A DNA stretch of 53,219 nucleotides from Acutalibacteraceae bacterium (GTDB taxonomy: Bacteria; Bacillota; Clostridia; Oscillospirales; Acutalibacteraceae): NCBI GenBank assembly GCA_045590915.1, contig JAZNRX010000227.1:1-53219 (forward strand), given 5' to 3'. Made by a program: the position numbers and the translations under genes. This document shows, piece by piece, positions 44,816 through 52,809 of this stretch. Position 1 is the stretch's first letter; each line of letters begins with the position of its first letter. Below the pieces are notes generated by a model. That model was not told where the DNA came from. It worked only from the letters and a program-made list of their open reading frames with translations, and did not search any database.

Positions 44816-46801
44816 TTATCCGATGGGGAAAATCATTGAAACATTTTCCTTGATCATTTCAATGATGCTGTTGAAAAATCTGATAAGCTTTTCAATAAGA
44901 AGCTGGAATTTGCTTGTTACGGGAGAATTATTCTCCACCAGAGAAGCATCATCCTCAAGCATCCATATCTGTGTTGAATAGAAGGGGTTTGCTGTACCTA
45001 TCATAAGACCTGAATCCATATTTGCAAAAACTCTGAGACCGTGGTTATAGGGATCACCGAAGCCGTTTGTTGTGATAGTATTGAAGCTGACACCGTCTTC
45101 ACTTACATAAAGGTCAAAGCCTCTGTCGGCAGTTACGGTATACTGTGAGCATTCAAGGATACCTTCAATAATCTTCCACACCTTCTTTATTGCGGCTATG
45201 GTTTCCTCACTGTTTCCGAATTTTTCGGTTACGGCAGACATATCCATATTCTTGAAGATATTTACAAGCTCGTCAACACTGAAGTTTTCGAAAAGATTTT
45301 TCGCAGCCTGAATATCTCTGTCAGCTTCTGATGTGATTTCAAGGAGAGTCTTGACGAAACCTAAAAGTCTCTGCCAATCGGGGATAGACATTGTGAGAAC
45401 ATCACCGTTTGTAAGCTGTGCCACAGGCTCAAGAAGACTGCTTGTATCAAATGTACCGACATAAAGCTTGCCGTTATAGGATGTCATTCTCCATATGTAC
45501 TGATTTTCGTGTCTGCCGAAGCCTGAACCGATACCTGAAAGGCTGCCTTCGGGGAACATTGCTGTTGCATCACCCACAACAAGCTCAATATTTTCATTCT
45601 TGTCCATTCTGTAAAGGCTTACAGACTGTTCAAGGTTTCTGTTCATAAATTCGAAATCTGACTTAAAGAGGATACCCTCAAGAGCCAGCTGCTCATCATT
45701 ATATTCACCGAGATAGAGATAATCTCCGTAAACCTGAAGAACACAGGCACCTGCTCTTGTTCTTTCGGGATCAATACCGAAGGTGTACTTTGCACCGTCG
45801 TTTTCCTTGTCACCTGCAATGGCAGTCCAGCTCCATGTACCGTCTTCATTCTCGTCACCGCGTACAAGTGCGAAGGACTGCATGCTGTATTCATCAGGCT
45901 TGTTTTCGGGAGTACCTGTGCAAAGAGATACATAAACACTGCCGTTGAATTCAACCATTTCCCAGATAGATCCGCCGTAAATACTATCTGTATAGTGGAA
46001 TGCAGGATAATTGAAAAGTGCTTCCTGATCCGCAATTTCAGTGAAAGCCTCCTGACCGAGCCAAGGCTCATTGGCAATAAGAATCTGGGGACCTTCAAGT
46101 GTTACGGCACTTACAATAAGCTTGTCCTGATAAACACAAAGACCGCGGATGGTAGAACAGATATTTGCCTTGTGAGCAGCCCAGGCATCCGTTGCACTGA
46201 TACCTGCATAAACTACCTTGCATTCGTCAGTTTCGGGATCTACCTGAACGATTTTTGCAAGTCCGCCCACAGAACCGCAGAAATAAAGCTTACCCTTATA
46301 TTCGCAGCCGTTACGGAGAAGAACATTGATACCGTCAATGGACTTACCCATAAGCTGTGTAACCTCGTTTGTATGAACATTGACCTTTACAAGCACACCG
46401 CCTGCATTGAAGCCGTCCACTTCACCTGTAAAGAAGTCACCGTGGAACATAACGTCAAGAGCTGCCTGCATCTGAGACTTGTCAAAGCTGTTTCCGAGAA
46501 CACTGTCCATAAAGTCCAGCGTCTGTCCCATTGCATTATAGCAGGTTGCAACATACACATAATCTCCCACACCGATAGCAGCCCAAGAATAATTCTGTCC
46601 TCTTGCACCCTGACCGAGATCTGTTGCAGCAGTAACACCGCCGCCTACATAGTCAACAATACCGTCAACCTCACAAAGTTTCTTGTCGGGATGAGAAATC
46701 TTTGTGGCGGTATACTTACCCGACTTGGAGGAATAAGTAACCGAACCGTTGAATGCCACCGAGCAAACCGCAAAGCTGAACAGCATTACAACTGACAGCA
46801 A
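44816..46801 (-). CDS. Large secreted protein of unknown function, probably beta-propeller-like with an inserted helical region. The N-terminus is interrupted by an in-frame TGA (see findings).
   Basis: 661-aa ORF starting at a TTG. It has recurring G-x-hydrophobic-Y-hydrophobic strand motifs (GDYVYVAT, GKLYFCGS, GSVYVSLC, GDYLYLGE, GKLYVGTF). An SD-preceded ATG at 46834 is in the same frame, with TGA at 46805-46807. Confidence 0.6.
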   Translation of the reverse strand: MLSVVMLFSFAVCSVAFNGSVTYSSKSGKYTATKISHPDKKLCEVDGIVDYVGGGVTAATDLGQGARGQNYSWAAIGVGDYVYVATCYNAMGQTLDFMDSVLGNSFDKSQMQAALDVMFHGDFFTGEVDGFNAGGVLVKVNVHTNEVTQLMGKSIDGINVLLRNGCEYKGKLYFCGSVGGLAKIVQVDPETDECKVVYAGISATDAWAAHKANICSTIRGLCVYQDKLIVSAVTLEGPQILIANEPWLGQEAFTEIADQEALFNYPAFHYTDSIYGGSIWEMVEFNGSVYVSLCTGTPENKPDEYSMQSFALVRGDENEDGTWSWTAIAGDKENDGAKYTFGIDPERTRAGACVLQVYGDYLYLGEYNDEQLALEGILFKSDFEFMNRNLEQSVSLYRMDKNENIELVVGDATAMFPEGSLSGIGSGFGRHENQYIWRMTSYNGKLYVGTFDTSSLLEPVAQLTNGDVLTMSIPDWQRLLGFVKTLLEITSEADRDIQAAKNLFENFSVDELVNIFKNMDMSAVTEKFGNSEETIAAIKKVWKIIEGILECSQYTVTADRGFDLYVSEDGVSFNTITTNGFGDPYNHGLRVFANMDSGLMIGTANPFYSTQIWMLEDDASLVENNSPVTSKFQLLIEKLIRFFNSIIEMIKENVSMIFPIG

Positions 46802-46999
46802 TGCTCAAAAAAGTCTTGTTGATTTTTTCTTCATAAAAAATCCGTCCTTAAATTATTCAAACAGGTAAACCCATTCGTACGCAAATTTTACTAAAATTTC
46901 ATTAAACTAAAACTCGCAATATTTAAATAAACTGTTAAGGTTTACGGATAATCTTGTTCTTTTTGTGTCAAATGCTCTTGTAAACGCCGTACAGGATAT

Positions 47000-47248
47000 T
47001 CAATTCTCATTGCTTTGGGCTATCACCAAAAGCATACCGGCAAGAATTACTCCGCATATCACAAGAATAAGACCTTTCGGTGAATTCCATATACAAATAA
47101 GCTCACAAAGTCCGAAAATTCCCGATGCAATCAGCAGAATGATACCTGTTTCCTTTCTCTTTTCCGAGAGCTTTCCGAGAAATGCCGCCACAGCCAGAAT
47201 AACAGATAAAACCGATGCAACAAAAAACAGCACGGATAACAGCTTCAT
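47000..47248 (-). CDS. Small three-TM membrane protein encoded directly downstream of the atypical LytTR regulator
   Basis: 82 aa: MKLLSVLFFVASVLSVILAVAAFLGKL... SD GAAAGGAG lies 7 nt upstream of the ATG at 47248. Confidence 0.6.
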   Translation of the reverse strand: MKLLSVLFFVASVLSVILAVAAFLGKLSEKRKETGIILLIASGIFGLCELICIWNSPKGLILVICGVILAGMLLVIAQSNEN

Positions 47249-47261
47249 ATTAATTCTCCTT

Positions 47262-47987
47262 TCACAAGCAAACGGCTTCACTGCCCTGCTCTTTAATATA
47301 GTTATCATAAATCTTCAATGCTTCCTGCCTTTTTCTGACACTTACGGGAACCCTCGAACCGTCTGTCAGCTCAATTTCGTTTATTCCGAAGCATTTTATG
47401 TAATTCATATTGACAACAAAGCCCTGATGAACCCTGACAAAGCCGTGGGGTGACAGAATTTCCTGTATTTCGGAAATTTTACCTACTGCCTCATATTCAC
47501 CGTCTGCCGTATGCACTGTCAGATGGCGCATATAGCCCTCAACGAAGCTGATTTTGTCAATCTGAATTTTATTTCTTGTGCTTTCCCATTTGAGCACTAT
47601 GCTCGCATTAACTCTTCTGTATTGGTTCAATGCTCTGCCAAGAACCTCTGAAAATTCCATATCCTTCAAGGGTTTCCCGAGATAAAGCAGAGACTCTACT
47701 CTGAACACATCAAAAATACAGTCGGAATGGGAGGACATAAAAATAATTACGGTACGGGGAGATACCGCACGGATTATCCCCACGGCTTCAATCCCGTTGA
47801 TGCCTTCCATTTCAATGGAAATAAATAAAATGTCAAAATATGCACCGTCTTTATAACACTCGATAAGCTCCTGTGCCGAAGAGAAATCCGAAACATCAAG
47901 GCTGTCTGTCACTGATAATGCCGAGCGAAGCCTGCTTCTGATTTCTCCTATAAAGGAGCTGTCATCATCACAAATGCCGATTTTCAT
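47262..47987 (-). CDS. LytTR-family regulator with a receiver-like domain that lacks the phospho-acceptor Asp
   Basis: The N-terminus reads ICDDDSS. The expected acceptor context reads FDILFISIEMEG, with Ser in place of Asp. The conserved SSH and LGKP segments are retained. The LytTR domain is FVRVHQGFVVN. SD is GAAGGAGG. Confidence 0.8.
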   Translation of the reverse strand: MKIGICDDDSSFIGEIRSRLRSALSVTDSLDVSDFSSAQELIECYKDGAYFDILFISIEMEGINGIEAVGIIRAVSPRTVIIFMSSHSDCIFDVFRVESLLYLGKPLKDMEFSEVLGRALNQYRRVNASIVLKWESTRNKIQIDKISFVEGYMRHLTVHTADGEYEAVGKISEIQEILSPHGFVRVHQGFVVNMNYIKCFGINEIELTDGSRVPVSVRKRQEALKIYDNYIKEQGSEAVCL

Positions 47988-48011
47988 AATCCGCCTCCTT
48001 CAGATAATCAA

Positions 48012-48045
48012 GAAAAAAAGACATCCCCGCGCAAACGGAGATGTC
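48012..48045 (-). terminator. Intrinsic terminator between the small peptide ORF and the LytTR gene
   Basis: The minus strand reads GACATCTCCG-tttgcg-CGGGGATGTC, a 10-bp stem with one G-U pair, followed by TTTTTTT. Confidence 0.75.
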
Positions 48046-48069
48046 CCGACAAAAGTCTATAATATTCTG

Positions 48070-48177
48070 TCAACAAAGAAAAGCCGACAAAACAACACTC
48101 CGCATAGATTTATTCTTACCCTCAAGCACCATACCGCACACGGTGTGAAGCTGTAATGTATTCATAGTATTTGTCAT
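48070..48177 (-). CDS. Candidate 35-aa peptide gene (MTNTMNTLQLHTVCGMVLEGKNKSMRSVVLSAFLC)
   Basis: Not in the ORF track because it is under 60 aa. An ATG is preceded by GGAAGGTGG. It has its own -35/-10 promoter upstream and a terminator downstream. Confidence 0.45.
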   Translation of the reverse strand: MTNTMNTLQLHTVCGMVLEGKNKSMRSVVLSAFLC

Positions 48178-48210
48178 TTTGTCCACCTTCCTTTCAATTA
48201 ATTTTTCTTC

Positions 48211-48239
48211 ATTCTATCAGCATAATACCTTATTGTCAA
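48211..48239 (-). promoter_or_regulatory. Sigma-A promoter for the small peptide / LytTR unit
   Basis: On the minus strand: TTGACA (48239..48234), 17 nt spacer, TAGAAT (48216..48211), with a TG one base upstream of the -10. Confidence 0.6.
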
Positions 48240-48267
48240 ACACTTTTGCCAAAAACTGCAAAAGTGT
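48240..48267. promoter_or_regulatory. 10-bp-arm palindrome abutting the -35 box (candidate operator/activator site)
   Basis: ACACTTTTGC (48240-48249), caaaaact, GCAAAAGTGT (48258-48267). Confidence 0.5.
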
Positions 48268-48290
48268 CGTTTTTAAATGCAGAAGTGTAG

Positions 48291-48328
48291 AAAAAAAGCT
48301 CCTTTCCGACAAAGGAAAGAAGCTTTTT
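48291..48328 (-). terminator. Terminator of the MBOAT-DHHW operon
   Basis: AGCTCCTTTCC / GGAAAGAAGCT form a stem with one mismatch. A T-run follows on the minus strand. Confidence 0.75.
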
Positions 48329-48330
48329 AC

Positions 48331-49440
48331 TCATTTCATCGCAACCGAGTTATTGAGAAGAACTGTGCTGTAAAGGAAAAGGACTTCATCTGCATTTTCA
48401 AAATCCACAAGACCTGTCAATGAGCCCGAGGCAATATATCTTATATCAACCACGGTAATTTTTGAATAGCTTCCGATGAAAAGAGGGGCTATGGAGCTTC
48501 CGAAGGAATCGCGGAATAAAACAAGCTCTCTCTTTTCTGAGGCTTCCTTGTTTTCTATAACGGAAACCGCAACAGTACCGGAAAGGAACATTTCATAAAG
48601 GTCTGCACCTTCAAGCTTTTTCATATCGTAAACAGGGAAGCCCTGTGCCTTACCCGAGTCGTAATTGGTAACCGTTGCACCGTTTACGGCATCGTTTGTG
48701 AGATAGATTATCTCGTCTGTGGGAACCTTAAATCCCGACTGATTATAATAAACCCCGTAGAATGGCTGTTCTATTTTATTTTCCGTAAAATCATCCTCAA
48801 AGGCAGCACCCATAGATGTTACAAGCTTTTCGGCAACATCAACGATGCTTTCCTGCTTCCAGTGAGTATCGGTGGTATAATAGTCATCTGCCTCCAGCAA
48901 GGGCATTATATCAATATACTGCGAGAAAGAAGTCTTTTCCGAAAGCTTTCGGGCAAATTCATTGTAATCAAATGCCAGATAGCCGTTTTTCTGAGCAATA
49001 AAGCAGTTTTTATCGGGAACAACAGACAAATATACCTTAGCCTCGGTATCCTTTATATATTTATCATATATAAAGGTGAATTTATCTGCGGCATAATCAA
49101 TCATATCATCCTTCATGGGATATTCAAGCTTTGAAAGATGGCCGTCTGCCTGAAAAATCTTGTTATTATCCATCTTATTGAAAAGATATTCCGATGCATA
49201 TGCCTTGATGCTTCTGAACAAATCACGAAGAGGGAACTGGTCGGGAGATGCATCCTCAAAGCTTTTCATATATTCACCCGACAGCACGGCTTCCATTGAA
49301 AAATCGGGAAGAAGTGAAAGCTTTCTTCTTTCGGACTCGGAATATTCTGTGGGAGCCTTGAACATAAACCACGCAGACAAACCGAAAATCAAAACACCTG
49401 ACAAGGCGATTGTTACAATATATTTAAGCTTTTCTTTCAT
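48331..49440 (-). CDS. DHHW-family protein (AlgX/DltD-like partner of MBOAT acyltransferases)
   Basis: N-terminal TM anchor and motif YYTTDTHW (a DHHW variant). Located immediately downstream of the MBOAT gene. Confidence 0.75.
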   Translation of the reverse strand: MKEKLKYIVTIALSGVLIFGLSAWFMFKAPTEYSESERRKLSLLPDFSMEAVLSGEYMKSFEDASPDQFPLRDLFRSIKAYASEYLFNKMDNNKIFQADGHLSKLEYPMKDDMIDYAADKFTFIYDKYIKDTEAKVYLSVVPDKNCFIAQKNGYLAFDYNEFARKLSEKTSFSQYIDIMPLLEADDYYTTDTHWKQESIVDVAEKLVTSMGAAFEDDFTENKIEQPFYGVYYNQSGFKVPTDEIIYLTNDAVNGATVTNYDSGKAQGFPVYDMKKLEGADLYEMFLSGTVAVSVIENKEASEKRELVLFRDSFGSSIAPLFIGSYSKITVVDIRYIASGSLTGLVDFENADEVLFLYSTVLLNNSVAMK

Positions 49441-49455
49441 AACAATTACCTCCGA

Positions 49456-50856
49456 TTAAAATCTGAAATATAAGAACGGGTTAAATGAGCCGTCCACCAG
49501 ATATGCGGTACAAAGAATTATAATACCTGCGGCAAAGGCGGGGGCAAGAACCGAAATAACTGTGTTTCCTGCTTTTGACCGCGAAAGCTTTCCGACAATG
49601 AGCTTGGGAACGGGTGTTGCACCCACAGCCGCCATAAGCATAACGGGAGCATAGCTTCGAAGATTATAAAGCCACTCGGCACCGGCAAGTCCCGTTGCTC
49701 CTATTCCGAACATTCCGCCGACATACTGTAAAGCCTCGCCCATGCCTGCGGCATTGAAGATTACAAAGCTTATAACAATAAGGAAAAGCACATATATACG
49801 GGACAGCACCCTTGATTTTGCGAGATATTTTCCAAGGAACATTTTTTCAAGAGTGAGAAGCACCGCAAAATAAAGTCCCCATACTATAAAATTCCAGTCG
49901 GCACCGTGCCAGAAACCTGTTAAAAACCACACTACAAAAATATTTCTCAAGTGCTTAACGGTTGAAACACGGTTTCCGCCCAAGGGAATATAAACATAAT
50001 CTCTGAACCACTGTCCGAGAGACATATGCCAACGTCTCCAGAATTCCGTAACGCTCTTTGAGATATAGGGATAGTTGAAGTTTTCCATAAAGGTGAAGCC
50101 TAAGATTTTACCGAGACCTATTGCCATATCACTGTAGCCCGAGAAATCGAAATAGATGTGAAGTGAGAAAGCCACGGCATAAAGCCAATAGAAAGCCACC
50201 GTCTTTTCATCGGTTGCCTTGAAGGTCTCGCAAAGCTCACCGAGAGCATTTGCAATAAGAATTTTCTTCCCGAAGCCGATACAGAAGCGGATTATACCCT
50301 CATAAGTCTTTTTAATCGTATGCGTACGGGTTCTCAGCTCATTTTCAACATCACTGTAACGGACAATGGGACCTGCAATAAGCTGTGGGAACATAGTAAT
50401 ATATGCACCTAAGGTTATGGGATTTTTCTGTGCGGGCACATCCCCTCTGTAAACATCCACGGTATAGCTTAAAATCTGGAAGGTGTAAAAGCTGATACCA
50501 ATGGGAAGAGCAATACGAAGAAGGGGCACCGAAAGGCCTGTTGCGCTGTTGAAATTCGAAATGAAGAAATCAACATATTTGAAATATATCAGAAATACCA
50601 GATCAACACCGACGGACAGTATCATAAACAGCTTTGAAAGCTTCTTTCCTCTGAATTTTTCAATCAGCAAACCGAAAACATATCCCACAAGAATAGAGAT
50701 TATCATTATAATACAATATCTCGGCTCACCCCATGCATAGAAAACAAGGCCCGAAATGAGAAGCACTGTGTTTTTAAGCACCTTGGGAGCAATGAGATAA
50801 AGTATCAGAACAACAGGAAGAAAGAAATATAAAAATGAAATACTGGAAAAAAGCAT
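49456..50856 (-). CDS. MBOAT-family membrane O-acyltransferase (AlgI/DltB-like)
   Basis: 466 aa, multi-TM, with the signature FWRRWHMSLGQWFRDYVYIPLGGNR. Confidence 0.9.
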   Translation of the reverse strand: MLFSSISFLYFFLPVVLILYLIAPKVLKNTVLLISGLVFYAWGEPRYCIIMIISILVGYVFGLLIEKFRGKKLSKLFMILSVGVDLVFLIYFKYVDFFISNFNSATGLSVPLLRIALPIGISFYTFQILSYTVDVYRGDVPAQKNPITLGAYITMFPQLIAGPIVRYSDVENELRTRTHTIKKTYEGIIRFCIGFGKKILIANALGELCETFKATDEKTVAFYWLYAVAFSLHIYFDFSGYSDMAIGLGKILGFTFMENFNYPYISKSVTEFWRRWHMSLGQWFRDYVYIPLGGNRVSTVKHLRNIFVVWFLTGFWHGADWNFIVWGLYFAVLLTLEKMFLGKYLAKSRVLSRIYVLFLIVISFVIFNAAGMGEALQYVGGMFGIGATGLAGAEWLYNLRSYAPVMLMAAVGATPVPKLIVGKLSRSKAGNTVISVLAPAFAAGIIILCTAYLVDGSFNPFLYFRF

Positions 50857-50930
50857 TTTAACTTCTCCTTAAAACAAAAAGGGAGCCGAATTTTCAGCTC
50901 CCTCTCTCAAAGTCTTTTACAAACAACTAA

Positions 50931-51590
50931 TTAAGCAGCTGTTGTTTCTTCTACAGTTTCTTCTTCTGCAACAGTTTCGTCAGCAGCTGTTTCTGCATCG
51001 GGATCAAATGCTGCGGGGCCGTCAAGCTCGTCGCCTGCGATGTCGCCGCCTTCTACTTCGCCTTCGCCTTCAGCCTCGGGCTGTTCGAAGGAAAGAGGAG
51101 CCATGATGAAGAATACGAAGTTGCCTTCTGTAGCTGTGAGCATTTCTTCAGCAGCTGTGCAGATGTTCCAACGAAGGTTTGCATTGTCCTTAAGAGTTGT
51201 AACGAAAGCGTCTGCGTCTGCATCAGCAGCAAGCTCGAATACATAGCTTACGAAGGGGATTGTGCCGATCATGGGCATGAAAGCTGTACAAGCAGCGAAG
51301 CCTGTGATGTCAGCATCAAAGCCTGCAAGATAGCCTGCTTCCATATCCTGAACCATGGGCATAAATGCTACTGTTTCGTTTGTTGAAAGAGCAGTTGCGA
51401 TTGTGTTTGCTGTTGCGCCTTCTTTTACAGCTTCAGCCTTGAAAGCTTCAACAAATGTTGCAGCAACTGTCATTTCGCCGGCAGTTGTTTCTTCAAGAGT
51501 TGTTGTTTCGTCGTTGTTACCTGTTGTTGCACATGCAACAAGACCGATAACTACAATAAGAGCGAGTACGATTGCGATAACTTTTTTCAT
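50931..51590 (-). CDS. Acidic lipoprotein of unknown function
   Basis: Lipobox LVAC and a very acidic C-terminal tail (EAEGEGEVEGGDIAGDELDG...). Confidence 0.65.
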   Translation of the reverse strand: MKKVIAIVLALIVVIGLVACATTGNNDETTTLEETTAGEMTVAATFVEAFKAEAVKEGATANTIATALSTNETVAFMPMVQDMEAGYLAGFDADITGFAACTAFMPMIGTIPFVSYVFELAADADADAFVTTLKDNANLRWNICTAAEEMLTATEGNFVFFIMAPLSFEQPEAEGEGEVEGGDIAGDELDGPAAFDPDAETAADETVAEEETVEETTAA

Positions 51591-51666
51591 TTTGGTTTTC
51601 TCCTTTTGGATATGTTTTTTTGTTTTTATATATTGAAAATCACCCTGAGTGAGTAATTTACATATA

Positions 51667-52233
51667 TCAGCTCAATGTGTCCGTAAAGCAGGCTGTCCAC
51701 TGTGATACGTCATTGTCATAGTAAAGCTTTACATAATGGAAGCCGTTTTTATCCTTGAGTGTGATTAAATAGCTGAAGCTTGGATCAGGCACGGGTACCA
51801 CCCACTTGCATTTCAGCTCACCTGAAAAAACGCCCGTTTTGTTATTGTCTGCAAGGATTTCACCGTTTTCGGAATAAAGAGTACCCCAGCTTGTGAAAAC
51901 CTCTGTCTCGGTTCTGAGATTGATTGTCAGGTCACACATAATTTCATTGCCAAGTCTTGCAAGCATCAGTGACTCGGACTGTGCCTGTGTGATGTGAACC
52001 TCTTCGGTAAGCCTTTCGGCACCCACATACACCTCGGGAGTCTTATCCGAATTCATAAAGAAAAATCCCGCAACAAGAATGACAGCGATTGCCGCGGCAA
52101 GTGAGCCTATTCTTCTGAACTGAACAAGCTTTCCGCTTTTTACTTCTGTTTCGTCGGCGTTCACTATTCTGTCATAAAGTTCTTCGGGTGCTTTTATATT
52201 CAGATATTCTTCTCTGAACCTACTGTCAGACAT
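51667..52233 (-). CDS. Putative anti-sigma factor (single-pass membrane protein)
   Basis: The start ATG (52233) overlaps the sigma-factor stop (ATGTCTGA). It has a short cytoplasmic N-terminus, one TM helix (SLAAAIAVILVAGFFF) and an extracytoplasmic domain. Confidence 0.6.
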   Translation of the reverse strand: MSDSRFREEYLNIKAPEELYDRIVNADETEVKSGKLVQFRRIGSLAAAIAVILVAGFFFMNSDKTPEVYVGAERLTEEVHITQAQSESLMLARLGNEIMCDLTINLRTETEVFTSWGTLYSENGEILADNNKTGVFSGELKCKWVVPVPDPSFSYLITLKDKNGFHYVKLYYDNDVSQWTACFTDTLS

Positions 52234-52786
52234 TGAACTCCTCCTTTTCCAAAAGTAATTTAAGTGCATCTCTGCCTCTGGATAATCTCATTTTCACTGC
52301 AGAGGCTGAAATTTTCAGCGACCTTGCAATACTGTCAATGCTCATATCCTCGAGGTAGTGAAGAACAATAACGGTTCTGATTTTCTCGGGAAGCTTTTCT
52401 ATCTCATCAAGAATTCCCGTGCTGTCATCAGAAAAATGATCTCTGTAAACAAGCTTTTCGGCAGTCGAAATATCCTCATGGGAGCGAATGGCATTCTTAC
52501 GGTAAATATCGTGACACTGATTGACTGTTGCCCGTATAAACCAAGCCTTTTCGTGCTCGTCAGATAAGAATATTGTTTTTTTCTTTATATATTTCAGAAA
52601 CACATCCTGAACGGCATCCATCGCATCATCGGGATTACGAAGCTGCATCAGAGCAATTCTGTAAAGCATATCCGAATAGCGTAAATAAACCGCAGATATA
52701 TCAGTTTCCGCCTTTGAAGACCAACCCAACTGACTGCCTCCTATCTGTAATACGTTTGAGAAAACAAAAAAGTCACACAAAGTCAA
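52226..52786 (-). CDS. ECF-type sigma-70 family RNA polymerase sigma factor
   Basis: Region 2 is DAMDAVQDVFLKY..WFIRATVNQCHD. The region 4 HTH is MSIDSIARSLKISASAVKMRLSRGR. The likely true start is TTG at 52729, with AGGAGG 7 nt upstream, rather than ATG at 52786. Confidence 0.8.
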   Translation of the reverse strand: MTLCDFFVFSNVLQIGGSQLGWSSKAETDISAVYLRYSDMLYRIALMQLRNPDDAMDAVQDVFLKYIKKKTIFLSDEHEKAWFIRATVNQCHDIYRKNAIRSHEDISTAEKLVYRDHFSDDSTGILDEIEKLPEKIRTVIVLHYLEDMSIDSIARSLKISASAVKMRLSRGRDALKLLLEKEEFNV

Positions 52787-52809
52787 AAAAAATTCTGATT
52801 TTTTTTGAC

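Noticed and set aside
46805-46807. The in-frame TGA considered as evidence for an alternative genetic code (TGA = Trp or Gly)
   Set aside because: TGA clearly terminates well-supported genes in this window, for example ntpA at 13162-13164 (overlapping the ntpB ATG) and nadC at 43876-43878. The organism therefore uses the standard code, and the case is local.
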